A DNA stretch of 64,000 nt from IMG/VR virus record IMGVR_UViG_3300028048_000065, positions 1 through 64,000 of that record, one strand, 5' to 3'. Origin of the DNA: a virus (taxonomy: Duplodnaviria > Caudoviricetes). The translations under genes and the position numbers were made by a program. The notes below the pieces were generated by a model. That model saw nothing but the letters and a program-made list of their open reading frames with translations. It was not told where the DNA came from and searched no databases. The stretch's first letter is position 1. Every line of letters begins with the position of its first letter. Positions 60,141-64,000 of the stretch are shown here, piece by piece.

Positions 60141-62654
60141 TTAAGAATTTTCTTCTGAACTTTCTGCTTCTTCAGATTCTTCAGAAACATTTACAGCATT
60201 TGCCATAATCTCTTTCATCCTTGCCCTAATTGCTTCATCTTTTGCTTTCTTCTCTTTATTGTATTCTGCTCGAAGCCAATAAAAATCTTTCTGAAGCATC
60301 TCTGGCAAAAATGTTCTCTTATAGGCTACTGAATCAGTTCCTATCGCACTTCTTAAAGTTCCCGTATTTGCAACCAAAATACATTTTTTCTTAGCACGAG
60401 TAATTAAAGTATATACAAGCTCTTTTGAAGCCATGTTTGGAGGACAACCCCAATTTAACACTCCAATTACCACATCTGCGGAACTTCCTTGGAGTCTATG
60501 GACTGTACTTGCATATCCCAAAATAATATAGTTGCCAACTTCTTTTAATGGAATAATAATCGGACAATCTCCCAAAGTAAAATCGACAATCATGTTATCA
60601 TCATCAATTTTCTTTACAATTCCTGTCCAACCATTAAACATTGCAGATTGAGCCCCACTTGTATTAAAAACACGATAATTATTTTTAATACACATAACTT
60701 TATCATTCTCTTGAATCACATAACTAAAATCTTTGTCAACCTTTTTATGCTGTTTCTTTACAACATAATTTCTTTTAAACGGGTCTATCGGATTAACAAG
60801 TTCTTGTATGTCTTGATTCAAATTAAATACACAAGTATCTCCTCTCTCTTTAACAGGAGAAATTACCTGAATTTTTTCAATATCTCTTCCCACTAAAGGA
60901 GAGTTATAATATTCTTCAAAGTATTGCAATATCTTATCTCTATCATCATCACTATCAGGACTGACATCTATTATCATGTCTTTCTTTTCTCCGACAGTTT
61001 CAATACTTTCTTGTGCATAGTTTTCATAAAGTTGATAACCATTACGCACTTGATAAGCTATCGTTAATATACCAGAAGACTTTGCTTGACGATGAACTTG
61101 TTGTAATTTTACTACTGGAATAAGATTACTATTCATCATATCATAAGCAAGATTTAAAAGACCCACAGAGCTTAACTGCCCAAAGTCACCTAACATAATT
61201 AACTTAGAGCCATTAGGAATTGCTTTAAGCAAATCTAAGAAGATTTCACCGCCAACAAGAGAAATTTCATCAAGAACAATGATGTTCTCTTCAAGTGGAT
61301 TTTCTTCATTTCTAACAAATCCATCTCCACTGTATTCGAGTAAACGATGAATTGTTTTTCCTGAAACTCCTGTAACTTCTTGCAGTCTCGCAGCAGCTTT
61401 TCCTGAAAGAGCACATTGAGCAAAAGTATAATTGTTTAAAACAGTAAGTATACCATTTACAAGGCTTGATTTACCACTACCTGCAAGACCAGTTATCATA
61501 CAGACTTGTTTTTCACAACCTAATTTTATACCATCAATTTGCTCTTGAGTAAATTCAAATCCTTGGTCTTCCTCTGCTTTTTTGATTTTTTCATCAAAGT
61601 TTTCAATGACAAAATCACTATGAGCATTGAGAAGTCTCTTTAAATGATAAGCAATATCTCTTTCAAGATTATAGAATTTAGTCAAATAAACCCTACGGTC
61701 TGCTTTTCTCTCACTATTTTCAAGAACTATTATCCCTTCATCTTGAAGCTCTTTTATAGCTTTGGCAATATTGTTTCGTGGAATAGAACTATCTGCATCT
61801 TCTGGAACATCATAATTTTCTACAATCTCTTGTGGAGACCCCAATGTTTCAAAAATATTTGCATTTAATTCTTGCGCAGAAATATACGAATGTCCTTCAT
61901 CACCCTCTTTATTTAAAAACCAAGTAATAAAAGATTTAATTCTTCGTACATCTGTTTTATTAAATCCTGCTTTTTGAGCTACTGCATCAGCAGTTAAAAA
62001 TCCTACGCCATCAATATCTTTAATTAATGAATAAGGATTTTCTTTTACTTTGGAAACTATAACTGATGGATTTTTGTACTTTTGAACTAATTTAGTAATA
62101 AAATTAGAAGAAAGTCCTATTCCATCTAACTCGAGATAAACTTGACCCACATCTTTCTTTTGCTCATAACGCTCAAGAATACAGTTGGCAATATAGTCTC
62201 CCACGCCATGAATTTTTGTGAGCTCTTTTGGATTACCTTTTTCCAATGTTTGAATTGGATTAGGGAAAATTTTAAAGAACTCTTCAATTTGATTATCTGT
62301 CAAAAAAGTTTTAAGAAAAGCTCTTTGATTAGTAGCTTTTGTCATATCAAACTCTTCATTAAAATAAATCAAATCATATTGTGTTCCATACTGAGGATGT
62401 TCAACCTCTTTTGCAATGATAATATAATTTGCTCTGGGAGATATATTACAAGGATATGTCCCCTTTACTGTAATTGTACCAAAATTATCATTTGTAGGTT
62501 CTCCATCATCTACGGACACTATAATCCAAGATACTATCCCGAAGGTGGGCTCAGTTATACTCTAAAACCCACCTTTAGGGAAAATTACATTATTTAATGT
62601 AGCATGAATCTTGATGATTTTGTCTTGCTCTGTTATTTTAGACTGCTACATCAT
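60141..62654 (-). CDS. recD2: RecD2-like SF1B helicase (2 TAG near N-terminus)
   Basis: GLAGSGKS, LDEIS, GDFGQL, HRQ, STVHRLQGS, YTLITRAK; frame ATG ATG TAG CAG... after a GAGGTG RBS. Confidence 0.9.
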
Positions 62655-64000
62655 TAGCTGAGTCCACCTCGATTCTATCTGTTTTAAGGTCTAAGTTGCC
62701 TTTTTCGTCAATATCAACAATTAACTGGACAGAATGATTGTAAACACTATCTTTATATTTTTTGGCTACCCACTGTTCACCTCTACGGAAACCTGTTACC
62801 ATAATTTTATTACCGCGAGAGAACCAAGATTTTTCAAGTGTTTTCTTTGTCCCATCAGCTTCAATTTGAGAAATTTGTTTGTCCCAATAAGAAAACGCTC
62901 CTGCATAGAATTTAACATCACAAACTCCGTCAGGTGTTAACAATGTTACAGTATGTTTTGTTCTGTCTTTGTCAAGAACTGTACCGCAAATACGATTTAA
63001 AACAAATCGAGGCTTTTGTTGATTGCGATAATAATATACATCTGCAATTACTGGCTCTTCTGGCATATCGTTAAACTTAACAACGTCGTATTCTTTACGA
63101 TTAACATTTTCAAGTTCATGAGGTCCATAATAAAAGCACATAGAATCCATTTCCCATTTAGAAACTGTTCCCGTGGCTTTTTCTTTCCAAAGATTATCAA
63201 AACGGTCTTTATTAACAGCATCAAGCATTTCTTGACTTGTTAGAACATTTTCTCTAAAGTCTTTAGTTAATTTATTAAATTCTCTGTCTAAACTGCCTTT
63301 CTTTACTGCATATAAGCCATTGTCTGTTAGCTCGTAATCTTTAGTAATTTGCATTTCAGACATAAAATTTTCTTCAAAATAAGGTTCAGCAAATTTTCTC
63401 TCTAAATAATAATAGGCTGTATTTGGAGATTTCTTTTCTTGCTTGTAGAAAAATTGTTTTTGACAAACATATTTACAAAAACGATACAAGCGAAGTTCAA
63501 ATTTTTTCTGACCTTCAGTAAGTAGGCCAAGACGATTAAGGTCCTCAATGTTTGCCATTTTAAGACTTGTAATAGGACTTGAAATTTGGCGGATAAAATC
63601 TGCCATAATTTCAGTTCTTGGTTTCTTTTCAAGGTCGTCAAAACAACCTGCTTTTATAAGTTGAATCATTGCCGCATCACCAAACTTGTTTTCAAGAGCT
63701 TCTTCTTTAAAAGATTGCATCTTATTATAAAAATCTTGCATGGATGCATAAGGTTGATGGCTAATGATTCCATTTGCCACTTTTGCTCCAATTCCCTGAA
63801 TAGGCTTAAGTCCATAAATAATTTCGTTAAGTTCTACGTTCGGACGGAAGCCAAATTTTACTCTGTTAATATCAGGGAGAGCTACTTTTGTCCGTTCTTT
63901 TTGAATATTACTAATTGCTTTTGCAATTTTACCATAGTTTACATTACCATCTTCTCCGCCTGAATCGGAAATCAAATTTGCTGAATTCCAATAAAGGACA
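62638..64000 (-). CDS. dnaE: DNA polymerase III alpha subunit, C-terminal part (runs off the window)
   Basis: PDIN, IIYGLKPIQGIG, LIKAGCFD, OB fold. Confidence 0.85.
   Translation of the reverse strand, partial: VLYWNSANLISDSGGEDGNVNYGKIAKAISNIQKERTKVALPDINRVKFGFRPNVELNEIIYGLKPIQGIGAKVANGIISHQPYASMQDFYNKMQSFKEEALENKFGDAAMIQLIKAGCFDDLEKKPRTEIMADFIRQISSPITSLKMANIEDLNRLGLLTEGQKKFELRLYRFCKYVCQKQFFYKQEKKSPNTAYYYLERKFAEPYFEENFMSEMQITKDYELTDNGLYAVKKGSLDREFNKLTKDFRENVLTSQEMLDAVNKDRFDNLWKEKATGTVSKWEMDSMCFYYGPHELENVNRKEYDVVKFNDMPEEPVIADVYYYRNQQKPRFVLNRICGTVLDKDRTKHTVTLLTPDGVCDVKFYAGAFSYWDKQISQIEADGTKKTLEKSWFSRGNKIMVTGFRRGEQWVAKKYKDSVYNHSVQLIVDIDEKGNLDLKTDRIEVDSANDVAV

Overview
AT-rich segment of a large dsDNA bacteriophage genome, almost entirely encoded on the minus strand. 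A Firmicutes/Clostridia-type host is inferred from sigmaA-like TTGACA-17-TATAAT promoters, GGAGG RBSs, an LL-H holin and a SleB-like hydrolase. The left ~23 kb holds small early-type genes, including a radical SAM, a macrodomain, HAD and receiver-like RNA-repair proteins and a DUF2828 (helical + vWA, Ro60/TROVE-like architecture) gene. The 23.3-32.5 kb stretch is a dense tRNA/ncRNA cluster. The right part carries nucleotide metabolism, replication and repair genes (PARP, UvrD, IscS, ThyX, NADAR, LigA, NrdD/G, dUTPase, Rnl1, Pnk, RecD2, DnaE). The phage reads TAG as a sense codon, probably Gln (code 15): it encodes a CUA-anticodon tRNA and has in-frame TAGs in nrdD, recD2 and three homing endonucleases. 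The main candidate novelty is a family of eight non-coding elements sharing a covarying terminal stem plus an unpaired (A)CAGCAA motif. Their cargo is interchangeable: isolated tRNA anticodon stem-loops (Thr-GGU, Leu-UAG, Pro-UGG) or circularly permuted YrlA-like tRNA mimics. One cargo-less copy lies in the 5' UTR of the DUF2828 gene, suggesting a Ro60/Y-RNA-like RNP that displays tRNA decoys. The second candidate is a tRNA-Gly(UCC) gene whose anticodon loop is interrupted by a second, nested tRNA-like cloverleaf. All calls were made by eye; no database searches were run.
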